DNA of 63,644 nt, the filler included, from Folioceros fuciformis (taxonomy: Eukaryota), in NCBI GenBank assembly GCA_049999805.1. It is 9 parts of 9 records of this genome, joined end to end, with 100 filler letters (N's around TTAATTAATTAA, not from the genome) between each part and the next. Parts side by side here need not be neighbours in the genome. Positions count along the whole stretch, not along the records: positions 22,818 to 36,991 come from JBNGIO010005619.1; positions 37,092 to 49,830 come from JBNGIO010005620.1; 7 more parts are not named here. One strand, given 5' to 3'. Below, piece by piece: positions 34,854 through 46,340 of the stretch; position 1 is the stretch's first letter; each line of letters opens with the position of its first letter. Position numbers and translations under genes: made by a program. Under the pieces are notes generated by a model. The model was given only the letters and a program-made list of their open reading frames with translations, did no database searches and had not been told where the DNA came from.

Positions 34854-36800
34854 TTTTTTTTCGCAAAGAAAAAGATTCTGATTAATAGTGACTTCCTCTT
34901 ACAGTACTAAGGGGACCCCTGCCTACGTACTTACAAAGCATGCGTACCGCACTCGGGAGAGAAAAAGACCGGCCCCAAGTCTAGCCCTCCGGACTTTGCT
35001 CGAGGAGTGCTCCCCATCACACTAATGAAAGCGGACTGCTAAGACCATCTAGACTAATCTCAAACCCGCCCAGGGATCATGGGGGCTCACCTACCCCAAG
35101 GACAGGCGTGGTTCCAGTGCTCGCTATTCTGATTGACTAGGAACCCCGCCGACCTCCATTCGCTCCTCTTGAACTGTTTTCGATGAGCCTGCCTTAGACT
35201 TTCTACTGCAATTAGTAAATGCTCCCAGATGCGCCACAGCAGAGCCTTACATGAGACTGGCTCATTACCTCCATAGACCACAGAAGACCAGTTAACCCAA
35301 AGATGAAAAAGGCAAGAAGACCATAGTAAACCCCACCACTATGCCTGAAGTAGAGCTTTGCCTATGGTTGCATCCAACCCAAAAAGGGCAGTTTGTTTCG
35401 TGATCCTGAGGTTGGCGACCAAGAGAATCCTTTGCAACCAATTGCCCACCTCACTCCATATCTCTTGGGCAGAGCTGCAATGAAAGAATGTGTGTTGGCT
35501 TCTATTTGGGGCACTGGAAGTGCACAATCGACACTGGTCTTCCCCCGCAGCAGCCAACAAGCCATCCCACCGGTCTGCGTTAAGCAAACAAGCTTGAAAA
35601 AAACACCAAACCGTCGTCCTAACCTTGGGAGGAATTTCTACTGACTTCCAAAGCAGCTTGGTAGCCTCCTTTTGCCTCCGCACAGATAGCTGTAGCCTGG
35701 GAGCCATGGGTGGCCGTTGCTTGAGTTTCTGTGCTCGTACCATCCATAGGTAGAGGTCCGCCGTTGGGAAGTTGAAGAAAGACCGAAGGTTGACCGCCTT
35801 GCACCCAGGCCTCCTAGGCCAATTGTATAGATCAGGTTTGAAAGCCAACTCCCAATTTTCCGCCAGCCGATACCAACATCGGACTCCTGCCTTGCCCGAG
35901 GTTTGTGGCCCATTAGAACGTTCGACTTGGGTGCACCACCGCCCTGCATGAACAGACTTATAGAGGACCGTGATGGACCTAAGCTCCCCTCTCACCGGGT
36001 ATCACCGTCATGCCTGCCCTGATCCTCTAAAAGTCCTTTAGGTGAAAGGACCTTGAATGACCGCAGTTCTTCTTTTTCAGCCATGCCTGTAAGCCAGACT
36101 GCCCTATCCAGTTTGAGGACTTCCTCTTGTTCATCCTCATCAGAATCGGCTCCCTTACTATCCATGGAATATGCATACCACCCATCGATGCCCTGGATAG
36201 GTTGTTGCCTTAACACCTGATGAACCTTCTCCTCTAACCCCTCTCGCAACCTTGAGAAGATGTGCCAAATATGTCTGGTCCCTAAACCAAATTCACCCTT
36301 AACTTCCTCCACCTCCTTCAAGCGAGCCTCTGATCTGTTCCATAGGTGACCAAGCTGAATAACTCCTTTCCGACACGCCAATCCGAAGATTTGTGACCAA
36401 TACACCCCAGCCCTAACTTCTGGAGCCACAACTTCGAGAAACCTTGCAAAGGAATACCCAGAACGTCATCAACTTGCAAAGGGCAACAAGGGAGAATGCA
36501 TCACTTAACCTCTAAGTAGCTACTCCAGATTGAGCACTTTGCCGCATGGGGAGCACTTTGCCGCATCAAGAAGTGGTTTATCCGCAAGGATGTTGTCGAT
36601 AGACCTCCTTCCCCTAGGGACAGCTTGACTGCACTCCAAATGTTGTGTTAGCAGGCTCTTCCAGGGGTAGAAGGCCGGATCCACTATCCTGACAACCCAC
36701 TGAGCATGCAAGACTTTCATCTTGGCAACCAGATCAACCACCCCAAGCCCCCCCAAACTGCATGCCTGGATAATGTGTTGCCAAGCCACCTTAGAGCACC
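34854..36800 (-). mobile_element. 5'-truncated L1/Tx1-like LINE, copy 2
   Basis: KVAW...GGLGVVDL motif, CRLC...H.FFHC zinc motif, and the same 3' end (aatcagaat...cgaaaaaaaa) as copy 1. Confidence 0.87.
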
Positions 36801-38513
36801 CAGTCGAAAGTGGAGCCAGATCAAAATGCGCGATCACTTCTTTGATTGGCGTGCTCTCCAGCGGAGGAGGCGAGACGCCCAGAATTGCAGACGCGCCTCC
36901 CAAATCAGCAGTCGCAGCCTGAAATTGGAAGGGCGCACCACCTGAATTTGTGGCGGCGACCTGAAATTGTGGAGATGTCCCGCTTGGATATNNNNNNNNN
37001 NNNNNNNNNNNNNNNNNNNNNNNNNNNNNNNNNNNTTAATTAATTAANNNNNNNNNNNNNNNNNNNNNNNNNNNNNNNNNNNNNNNNNNNNCTTGAGGAA
37101 CTTCCTCTCCTCGACTTCAACCATTTTCTCATACTTCTGAAACAAACGGGTTTCCTCATCAGTAAGAGCGCAGGCTGGTGGATCCGAATTCGAAGACGAG
37201 CGAGCCTCCCCGATGGTCAGAGGCCTAGGCGCCACATTCAGTCCATCCTCCTCAAGAGCCGACCGAACGTCCACAGCCTCCTTAAGAGCAACGAGGGCAG
37301 GCAATCCCATGAAGAGCTGCTCCGAATCAGAAGCCAACTCGTCCAGCCCGGTAAGCTGTTCCCACACCAAAAGTCCGCAAGACAGAATGTAGTCCCGACC
37401 ATACTTCTGCACTGCGGTGGCCGTTCTCTTTGCCTTCTGCTTCCGAATGGCCAACGCTCTGGACACCCGGGCCACGAGATCGTCAAGAGTAGCATCAGGA
37501 TCACCTCCGTCAGCCTTGGATAGCGCTCAATACGCCTCAACGCAAACCAAAGCCTTGTCGTACGAGGTATCAAACAACTTCTTTTAATCCCCTGCCGGCT
37601 TCTCGCAAATGTAATCCGCAACCGCAGTGCTTAGCCACACTACTGGCTTCCTGTCCTTGTATCCATTAATGGACCAGGACTCCAACTGCCCAAACCCCTC
37701 GAACCGCAGCCAGCTTCGGCTGCCTCTGCACACACGGCAAATTCCCTTCCCCTTCCGCTTCCCCTAATCTTCATCACCGTCTCCACAACAACCGCCTTCG
37801 CAGTTGCGACGTCCTCGAACACCATATCCAGCAGCCCCAGCGCCTCCATAGACCACCCCGGTCCCTGGCTTCCTCCTCTGCCTCCACCCCTGTTTTTTCA
37901 GAATCAGGCCGACCTTGAACAAGCTCACACACCCAAGCACCTTCCTGCCAGTCCAACCGTAGCTGGGTCTTGGACCGTTTCCCAAACCGCCTCAGGAAGA
38001 GAGCCGGTGAATCCTTTCCGACTGGATTGCTATTTGCATTGCTTTCAGGCAAGCTTGGCAATTCCTCCGGGTTTGACGCAGTCAGATTCCCCCCCCTTAT
38101 ACCCCCGAATGGGAGGGAACGAGACCCAGTCCCCAAAGATTGAGAGCTCACAATTAACAAGCTATAGAAGCTTGTCCAGCCAAATTTCCTTGCCAAGTGT
38201 TGCAAGCGAGTGTCTATGAATTGCATAAGAGTGTGCATGAGCACAGGTAGCTCGAAGTAGTGTGATTGTGAATAAGGTCTCGCAACAATTTTGGAGGAAG
38301 GACACGCTAAGGAGATCTAAGAGTGCGTGCTAGAGGAGTCGTGTGCGAGAGCAAGGCACGTGAGGAGCGTAACAAGTGAATCCATTTGGACGTTCAATAT
38401 CTAGTGCAGGTGCACAGAAACTCAAGATAGCAAGGATCTATTGGAGTGTTGGGAGTGAAGTAGTTGAAAAGACATTGCAAGTAAAAGTGTTGGTTTAGAT
38501 GGAAGCTTGAGTT

Positions 38514-38720
38514 ATGGCAAATGCACAAGGATTGGAAAAAATTTCTCATATTGTTGGAGAGAAGCTAGACAACAAGAATTTTGCCTTATGAAAGTTTAGG
38601 ATTAAGATTCTTTTGGTAGGTAGAGGGCATTGGGACTCTTATACACATGATGAGACGGAACCTAAACTAAGAAGAAATCCATCACAAGAGCATCGCAAAG
38701 CTCATCAACTTTCCAAGGCT
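38514..38720 (+). pseudogene. Copia gag N-terminal fragment (distinct family)
   Basis: MANAQ...EKLDNKNFAL*KFRIKILLVGRGHWD. Confidence 0.7.
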
Positions 38721-38855
38721 CAAGGGTTAGTTAGTTCAATCTCACGCTTAGACAATCATGTGACAAAAGGTCCTTGGTGCTAGTGAGAGTAGTGAGATAG
38801 GTAGGGGGAATGACTAGAGAAAGAGGGATGATCAGCTGACGTTAGGCCTAAAAGT

Positions 38856-39194
38856 GGTATTGCCTACAACAAAAACGGGATTTGTAGGAAGGTTGACACG
38901 GCTGCTAGAGTTTGACCTCGAAAGTGCCTATATGGTCATTGGACTGTCAAGCAGGTCAAATAGGTAGAAGGAAAAAGAAAAATTGGAAATTCTGATTTCG
39001 GAAAAAAAACTTAGGGGAAAAAAGGAACAGAAAAGAAGAAAAGGGAAATGAGGAAGGGAAAAAAGGGATGGGGGAATGAAAATGGGGGACGAGAATCGAG
39101 AACAAGTTGCCCCCTCCACACTCTGGCTTCCCTGGGACTAGCAACCTACCAACCTTCTTCATCCACAGCTCACGATTTTTGTTGTGGGCACACC
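38856..39194. mobile_element. Possible MITE-like element
   Basis: Imperfect TIR: TGCCTACAACAAAAA (38861) versus reverse-complement TGCCCACAACAAAAA (ending 39190). No TSD identified. Confidence 0.35.
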
Positions 39195-39801
39195 CAAATC
39201 CCCTCTACATCCCAATGCCCCTAGCCTCTCAAATCCCCACAACTCCCTATCATAGAGCTGGTTCCTTGCGCGCTCTCTAGGTCCCGCTTCCAACTAAAAA
39301 AGTCCTGATTGCACCCTTGGCCCTTTTCAATCTACCTCGAGCCTGGCTTCTATGGCACCTCCTCCCTTGTGCATTCTCAATCTCGCTAAGGTGCCAATCT
39401 CCTCCTTATCCAACTTGCCTAGATCTCGTTTGATTGTAGGCCCCGGTCTCCTTGCTGGGATTGCTATCTCGAGGCCCTTTCCTTGCACACAAGCATGGTA
39501 TGATGAGATCCCCCTTTGTATCTCTCTAATCCTCCTCACAACCTCAAACACTGTTGGTGCTGGCCAATCTACTAGCTTTGCCCTTCGTCCCGTGCCCTAG
39601 CCAATGTGCCCTTTGGCTATCTTGACCAGTAGACGGTAGTGATGAGAGGAACCCTGCTTCAACTAATCCTCTATCCAAGGTAGCCATTGATTTTAACTAC
39701 TCACCTATTTAAAATAACTATTTAATATCAGCTGAACTACTTCGGTTAATGATTAATTAATGTCAATGGCAGTTCCGCTTAATTTCTCCATTCAAATCAC
39801 C

Positions 39802-40901
39802 ATGGCGAGAACCCAGCAATCCCTTGTCACCCTGAAGCGCATGCGCCCAGACCAGCCCGCTTAGGAGGTCGCCTTTGATTTACATTTCACGGTCATAGCT
39901 TCAAACGAAGGCAAGCGCAAACGGCAGCAGAAATTCTCGACACCAATCTCCTACAACAGTTTTTGAGAAGTAGCTGCTAGGGTACAGCATAACAGGGGCC
40001 TTGGGGTGTCCCCCATGATTGCATATGCTCACCTACCTCAAGCCCCAGGGAAGATTGCTTCATCCACGGGTTCTCAGAGGACGATTTGGTCCCTGGAGCA
40101 GCCCGCAGCCTTCTGCCCCTTCCTACTCCAAATTCTCAAGATCAATCTAAGGATTTGCCCTCTGCTACTTTGATTCTTCCTAATGAGGACATAATTAATC
40201 GAATTCCCTTGAGATTTGAGAGGGCGTGCAGGACTGCAGGACGAGGAGCAAATCTAGCCAAATCTTGGTCAAAAATCTCTCAAACTTGGATGTAATCCAC
40301 TGCAGGGGGAGGCGCCATAGCTCGAGGATCCAGCACCGGCAGCCAATCGCACCCGCAACCTACTGCAGGTGTTGGAGGAGGAGAGCGCTATCGCGGTGGT
40401 GTGCACCGCGGACGAGCATTGCAAGCATGCGGAGGGGGAGCGCGCTTGTTAAGGGGCACGCCCTTGCTGAAACGACACCCCCGTGCCAAAACGACAACTT
40501 AAGTTGTTGTTTTGTAGAGGGAGGGGGTTCTTATCCTCAAAACGATGTGAATGCGGCATTTCGGGCGACGGTTCCGAACTGATTCCACCTGGCGCCATTT
40601 CACACCTGCGCCTTGCTCCTGGGAAGTTTGCATTCCTGTAGGATATGTCCACATTCCTTTTGATCCTTTTGCCGACAACCAACCTGGTCTTGGACATCAT
40701 CCTCTTGTGAAGATCGAACCAGCATTGCCCGCTCGGCAACCGGCACCCTCGGCCTCCACGGATCGTGCCTCAACCTTGTGGGACCAGCTTCAATACACAA
40801 CCAAGTGCTTGGTGGACCTAGTTTATCACCTTCGCCGTATAGCAAAGTCGGAGGTGGATAGCTTGCAAGTTTCTAACTCATTGGACATTGAGTGGTCTTG
40901 A
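39802..40901 (+). pseudogene. Decayed MART-type accessory ORF of copia G
   Basis: Start context and C-terminal motif match 26213-27226; contains internal stops and frameshifts. Confidence 0.55.
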
Positions 40902-41844
40902 GTGCCCTAGAGTTGCTTCGTCGATCTAGGAAGACACTAACACTAGTCTCTCCTTGGACAATTGCGCTTCTCTTGTAACTCCTACTTAACAATATTGAAG
41001 GAAGAGCCAGCACGCTGTACACCCCCGTCCGATTTTATGACCACAACTTATAACTCCTTTGTGGATCACCTCATACAACAGCTGAACTCACTGTCATTAG
41101 ACCCCACAACGGCGATGGCGAGCAGCACCCCAGCCACTCTTACATGTGCAGGGCCCGGGCCGTCTTCACCGACCATATAAAAGAGAAGGACCAATTTAAC
41201 AGCCAACATTACCTGGTTTGGCGCGTCCGGATGAAATCAATCCTGATCAGCAAAGGCGTCTGGAAGATAATCGACGATCTCGATGTCATCACAAGATCTT
41301 TATAGAGAACCATTGCCAAGATGTTTTCAGCACCTCCCATTTTGCGAGTCATGCATGATTGCAAAGCAGAAGGAGTCGCCGTTCCCCAAATATGCACAAA
41401 GGGCAGAATTAGTGCTGGAGCTAGTTCATGCTGATATATCAGGAAAAATTCACACATCTTCCCTAAGAAGAGCGATTTATTACCTCACCATCATGGACAA
41501 CTTCAGCAAATATTCCTAGACTTTCCCCATGCACCTGAAGAGTGACACATTCACATGCTTCAAGGATTGGTTGCTAGTAGTGTGGAGTGATTTCTTGCAC
41601 CCAAGAACCACCCAAGGGGCCACACATCCCCCTATTGTCGTTGCAGTCCTATGGTTCGCTCCCAAGGGAGTGAATTAGTGCCAAGGAACACTACCTATCA
41701 CACTTCTACCTATCAGCCGGTCTATAGGTCTGTCCATACACTCACAACAAAAGGGCTAGAAGCCTAGCCTACCCCCTAAGTCAGCTCACCCAACTCACAC
41801 TCCTGTTCTTCAATCCTCCAGCTCTTCTTGATTCCCACCTCAGC

Positions 41845-41968
41845 CACTTCCTCCTTACTTCAGTCCTCCAAGATTTCCACTTCAGTCACTTTCTCCTTAC
41901 TTCAGTCCTCCAAGATTTCTACTTCAGTCACTTCCTCCTTACTTCAGTCCTCCAAGATTTCCACTTCA
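41845..41968. repeat. 42-bp tandem repeat x3
   Basis: cacttcctccttacttcagtcctccaagatttccacttcagt. Confidence 0.92.
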
Positions 41969-42420
41969 ACACACACTCCTACTCTTCAAGAGCTCACTCT
42001 TCACTTCTATGCATTCCACTCCAACTCTTCCTCTCTTTTCTTCAGCTCTTTCCCCCCTGGAAATTAGAGCACAATGGCTTCACTTCTTGCAGCCTTCAAG
42101 CATAGTGTGGCTCTAGGACTGGATAGCCCTTCAGCTCACGGTCCTGTTCCTTCACTTCAGCCAACCTGCGATTCATGTAGCCCTTGCGGATCCGGCCACA
42201 CGGATCTTGACAGCCCCAGGATCCCCACGTTCCCCTAGTGGCAAGGGGAATCAAGACTTTGGGTTGACCTCAACCGGCTCAGCGCCCTAAGCCAGGAGTT
42301 CTACCCACAAAATCCGGGGACCTCACACCATAGACCGCCCCCCCTTCAATGGCAGGCCTCTCCTCTTGTACCCTCACCCTCATCTCTCTCTCTGACTTAA
42401 ACCATCCTACATCCGGTTGT

Positions 42421-42545
42421 GACCTAAACCTAACCTCAGTCTGACCTAACCCTAATCTAAGCCGGACCTAGACCTAACCTTAATCTGACCTAACCCTAAT
42501 CTAAGCCTGACCTAGACCTAACCTCAGTCTGACCTAACCCTAATC
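42421..42545. repeat. 44-bp (2x22) CCTAA-rich tandem repeat x2.8
   Basis: Units start at 42421, 42465 and 42509: gacctaRacctaacctYaRtctgacctaaccctaatctaagcc. Confidence 0.88.
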
Positions 42546-45500
42546 CTGATCGCAGCCTAACCAAAGCCTAACTCTAACCTACCCCTGCACCTAATTGCCC
42601 ATTACCCCCCTTGGACACCGCTGGTTGCCCTCTATCCAACATTGTCAGCCTCTCACAACTAGCAAGAATCCGGGGTGCTCCTCAACACTCTCCTCTACTC
42701 CCTCAGATCCTCCCCTAACTCCCTCAGGGCCTTCACCTTCTTCCAATCCTCAAGCCCCCCCCTTGCTAGCCATATTGGCCAAGAAGGTCTGGCATGTAGC
42801 TGTAATGCTAACTGATAGTTGGACACAACTCATTAACCTCCTGTCCCTGCTCTCTAATTTGTGCATGCAATTGCTCTCCTTTCTTACTGCTGCGGCTTCC
42901 ACATTTGCAGCACTTAGCTTCCAGACCTTTGCTCCGCAATCTGTGGAGAGATGCAACCAGTCCAGTAAAGCCCAGTGGTGTTCGTGTTTCTCCTGTGCCC
43001 AGCTTCCGTACATGAGAGTCTATTTCGACGGTTTTGGTTTATCTTTCAGCGCCTCCACGGAAATGATCCATGTTTCCATCGGTCCACCCCTTCAGCCCGA
43101 AGCGCCCGGCCCCTGACCTTCAACCTCCTCTCGCAGGCAGGTGAGTTAGGGTGGAATCGAGAGCACCACGCGGTTGGATCGTATAGAGCCAGCTCCGTGT
43201 GCCAGTGGGGGGTCGGGATGTGTGCTCTGGGGAGGATTCCGCCATTTGCTTCCCTGACACCCGACCATCCGTGTTACGTTTCCCCCTTCAAACCTGGCAA
43301 CTCATAAGCATCCCCCGTCTTCCACAGGAAGGTCACCAAATCAGTTGCCATGTTCAGCCTATATCTAGTACCTAAAAATCGCCCCTATCGACAATACACC
43401 CTCCCGTGCACTACCCTCTCATGCACATAGCACTACCTCCAACTGGGTCACCATCGCAACTATCTACCGCCTCTCAATCCTCCCCTGCTTCTGGCTCCTG
43501 AATCGCGGGGTGAGGCTAGAAGCCCCGGAACTTCTTCCCCACTGGCCACACTCTCGGATCAAACATATTGAACAGCATCAGGCAACCAACCCACTATTCA
43601 GGGGGAAAGGTGAACCCGCCTGGGTCCCCTACCTGTAGCGCAACGCCTTGCCCCTGACTGGGCCTCCACTGGAGCCAGCCATCACGATCCAACCTGCCCC
43701 CTGCCGACCACCTGGCTGGATCCTCCCCAACGTCCTACGCAATCCGCCAGTCGGTCAGCGAGCCTGCATGCTTGCCCAGATCATGTCGCCACCCGCATGG
43801 CCTGGATCCGGTTGCTGCTGGACCACTTGCCAACCTTCGGATCCAGCCCTGGTCCCGACCAGCTTTGATCCGCCCCGGCCGCCTGCCGATTGTCCGCGCT
43901 GCTAGGACGCTTGCCTACCTTCAGCAGCCGGGCCACTGCTTGGGATCCTGCAACTAGGTCAGTGGGCCACTGCTTGGGATCCTACCCGGCTTCGGGATCT
44001 GACCCCGGCCAGCGAGCTGGGTTTGCCTGCCAGGCCTCCTGCCCTCCTGAACCTAGCCAGGCAGCCAGCTTGCTGGGTCCGCCGCCCGATTGTTGCCTAG
44101 GCCCCGCACCCAGCCAGCCCGCCTTGGGCACAACGCCGCCCACCTTGCCCATCCGGCCTGGCCAAGACGAGACCCTTGCTAGGCCCCGTCTATTGTTGCT
44201 GTTGATGCCAAATAGAAACCGGCTCGGAGCAGAGGCACGGGCACCATAAGCCGCCTGTGCCCCGCCTATTGGATGCCTTGCCAGATCCGGCCAACCAACC
44301 CCATGATCCAGCCTACTAGACTGATCCTGGCACCCGCTTGCTTGGGGCGCCGCTTGCCTGGATGCCAACGCCCACCTTTGATCCGCCTGGACGCTGCCCG
44401 CCCCAGCTTGCCTCTTGCTTGCGTCAATCCCGTTGAGCCCGATTCTGCGCGTCATGGCTCCGCTTACTTGCCTGGATTTCGTAGGCAACCCGCTTGAGAC
44501 CCTACCGTTGATTAGCTGTCCACCTAGCCAGGCCTCCTACACCTCGCTTGGCCAGTCTCCAGTGGCGCACGCCCTACCTGATCCGTTCCGGCCTGCTGGA
44601 TCTAGCCCGCAACCTACCTGGGTCTGCTCCTAGCAACGCCTACCTGCAGCCCGGCTTGCCAATCATCCAGGCTTCCCGGATCCGCCAGCAACCAACCTGC
44701 TCATCGACAAGCCATGCTGCCTGCCATGCAGGGCTGTCGGACTGCCCACCTGCAGCCCGATCGATTGGCTGGCCGCTGATGGTCGGCTCAGCCTCTGCTG
44801 CCTGGCTCAGGTCCACCCCGGCCAGCTCCTGCAAGTCGGGCAGCCTACCTGCTCGCAGCCCGACATGGCCAGCCGTCCTGCTTGATCCGCTCTGGCCTGC
44901 CACAACCCGCTGGAGCGGCCTGCCCCCAACTGGGGCCTCCCCTGCTAGCCAGGCCCTCGCTTGGCTCTAGGATCGGCCAGCCATCACGGCCGGATCCAGC
45001 TCCGCCCCTGCCTGACCCACCTAGGACTATCTGTCGATCTGGCCTCCTGGCCGGCTAGATCTGCCAGCCCACCCTCCTGGCAGCCTACTGCCGGCCACTT
45101 GCCCAGAGGCCGCAACCTGGGGCCGCAACCTGGCTCCTGCCTTCTGAATCCGGCCAGATCTAGGCCACCGCCCTATCCCGCTGGTCTGCTAATTTGGCCA
45201 CCTGTGCTCTAGTGATCCCTATCCACCCGACGCACCAGGGCCGCGTCTCGACACCTCCATCTCTGTCCCCAACTTCCACCAGTGACAGCCAGAAGACCCC
45301 CCAGCTCGCTTTCCACGACGTCCCAAGTTTCCTATTCCTCCGTTATCTTACCCCGAGGAACCAGAGCCCGTGTCCCATCCACCACACAACCTACCTACCC
45401 TATCGACTCACCATCAATCTAGCTATTATTCTAACCTAACCTTTCAACCTTTCCTCTACAACACTCACCCACAAATCCAAAAAAAAGAAAACCTATCATT

Positions 45501-46340
45501 TCCCAGGGGTCTATTCAGCATGTGGAGTCCACAAGTAGCTGAGCGTCAGACAGGCAACCTTTTGAAAATCTTGCGTAGCAACAACGGGACCAAATTTGCC
45601 AACACTGAATTCGATGCGTTCTTTATTTAGTGAGGAATCCAAAGACAATTTAGTGGGCCCTACACCCCACTACAAAACAGAGTTGTAGAGCGCAAGAATC
45701 AAACTCTTCTCTCTACGACTAGAAGCATGCTTTTGTGGTCCGGCCATCTATAGGGCTTCTGGGCAGAAGCCATTGTGTTCGCCACTTATATTTCCAATCG
45801 GGTTATCACAAGCTCAGTGCCCGAGCGCACACCATATGAGGTCCTTTGGCAGTGGAAGCCAAGCGTTCTTCATCTGTGGGTATTTGGATTTGCGGCTTTT
45901 GCCCACATCCCTGCACATAAGCGGCGCAAGTTAGAAGATAGAGCAAAGAAGTTAATTTTTGTGGGATATAGTGAGATCACCAAAGCCTACAAACTCTTCG
46001 ACCCTAAGATTCACGACATCACCTTAGCACGAATTGTCACCTTTTTGGAGCCAGCCTAGCAAGCTTCAGAGGGAGCTGTCTCGGCCACAGACCCAGCCCA
46101 CCCATACTTTGATACTCCGTCAAACTTTCTTGTGGAGGACAGCGACCCTAGCACTCTGGACACAGCGGATGATGGTTCAGATGCTGAGGATGGGGACCCA
46201 GCTATACTTGTCTTCACTCTTGAAGCCAGCGTCGGCACCTCCCTGGATACTCCCCCTGCCGCTGACAACGCCACTGGTGACCCTATACCGGCCCCACATG
46301 AAGATGTCCTCGATGGGCCACCGCTTGCTAATCTACCGCC

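Larger units (their letters stand above)
41581..45533. mobile_element. 3953-bp TG...CA insertion, probable giant solo LTR
   Basis: TGTGGA...TCCACA termini with 5-bp TSD AGTAG (41576-41580 and 45534-45538). Excision restores the integrase WLLVAERQTG. Confidence 0.88.
39802..46340 (+). mobile_element. Ty1/copia family G remnant (MART leader ORF, internally deleted gag fused to pre-IN, IN)
   Basis: Gag start IKEKDQFN...WRVRM (~41180) is joined at ~41280 to YREPLP..CESC. IN is split by a 3.95-kb insertion and cut at 46340 by copia E. Confidence 0.85.

Noticed and set aside
37092-38140. LINE ORF1-like minus-strand ORFs (also 62586-63290)
   Set aside because: No RRM or zinc-knuckle motif recognised; left unassigned.
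39796-39815. LTR end plus non-Met PBS (ACCA TGGCGAG...)
   Set aside because: Better explained as the conserved start of the MART ORF; no tRNA match recognised.
43600-45250. Many overlapping Pro/Ala-rich ORFs
   Set aside because: Expected from GC-rich low-complexity DNA inside the TG..CA insertion; no domain motifs.
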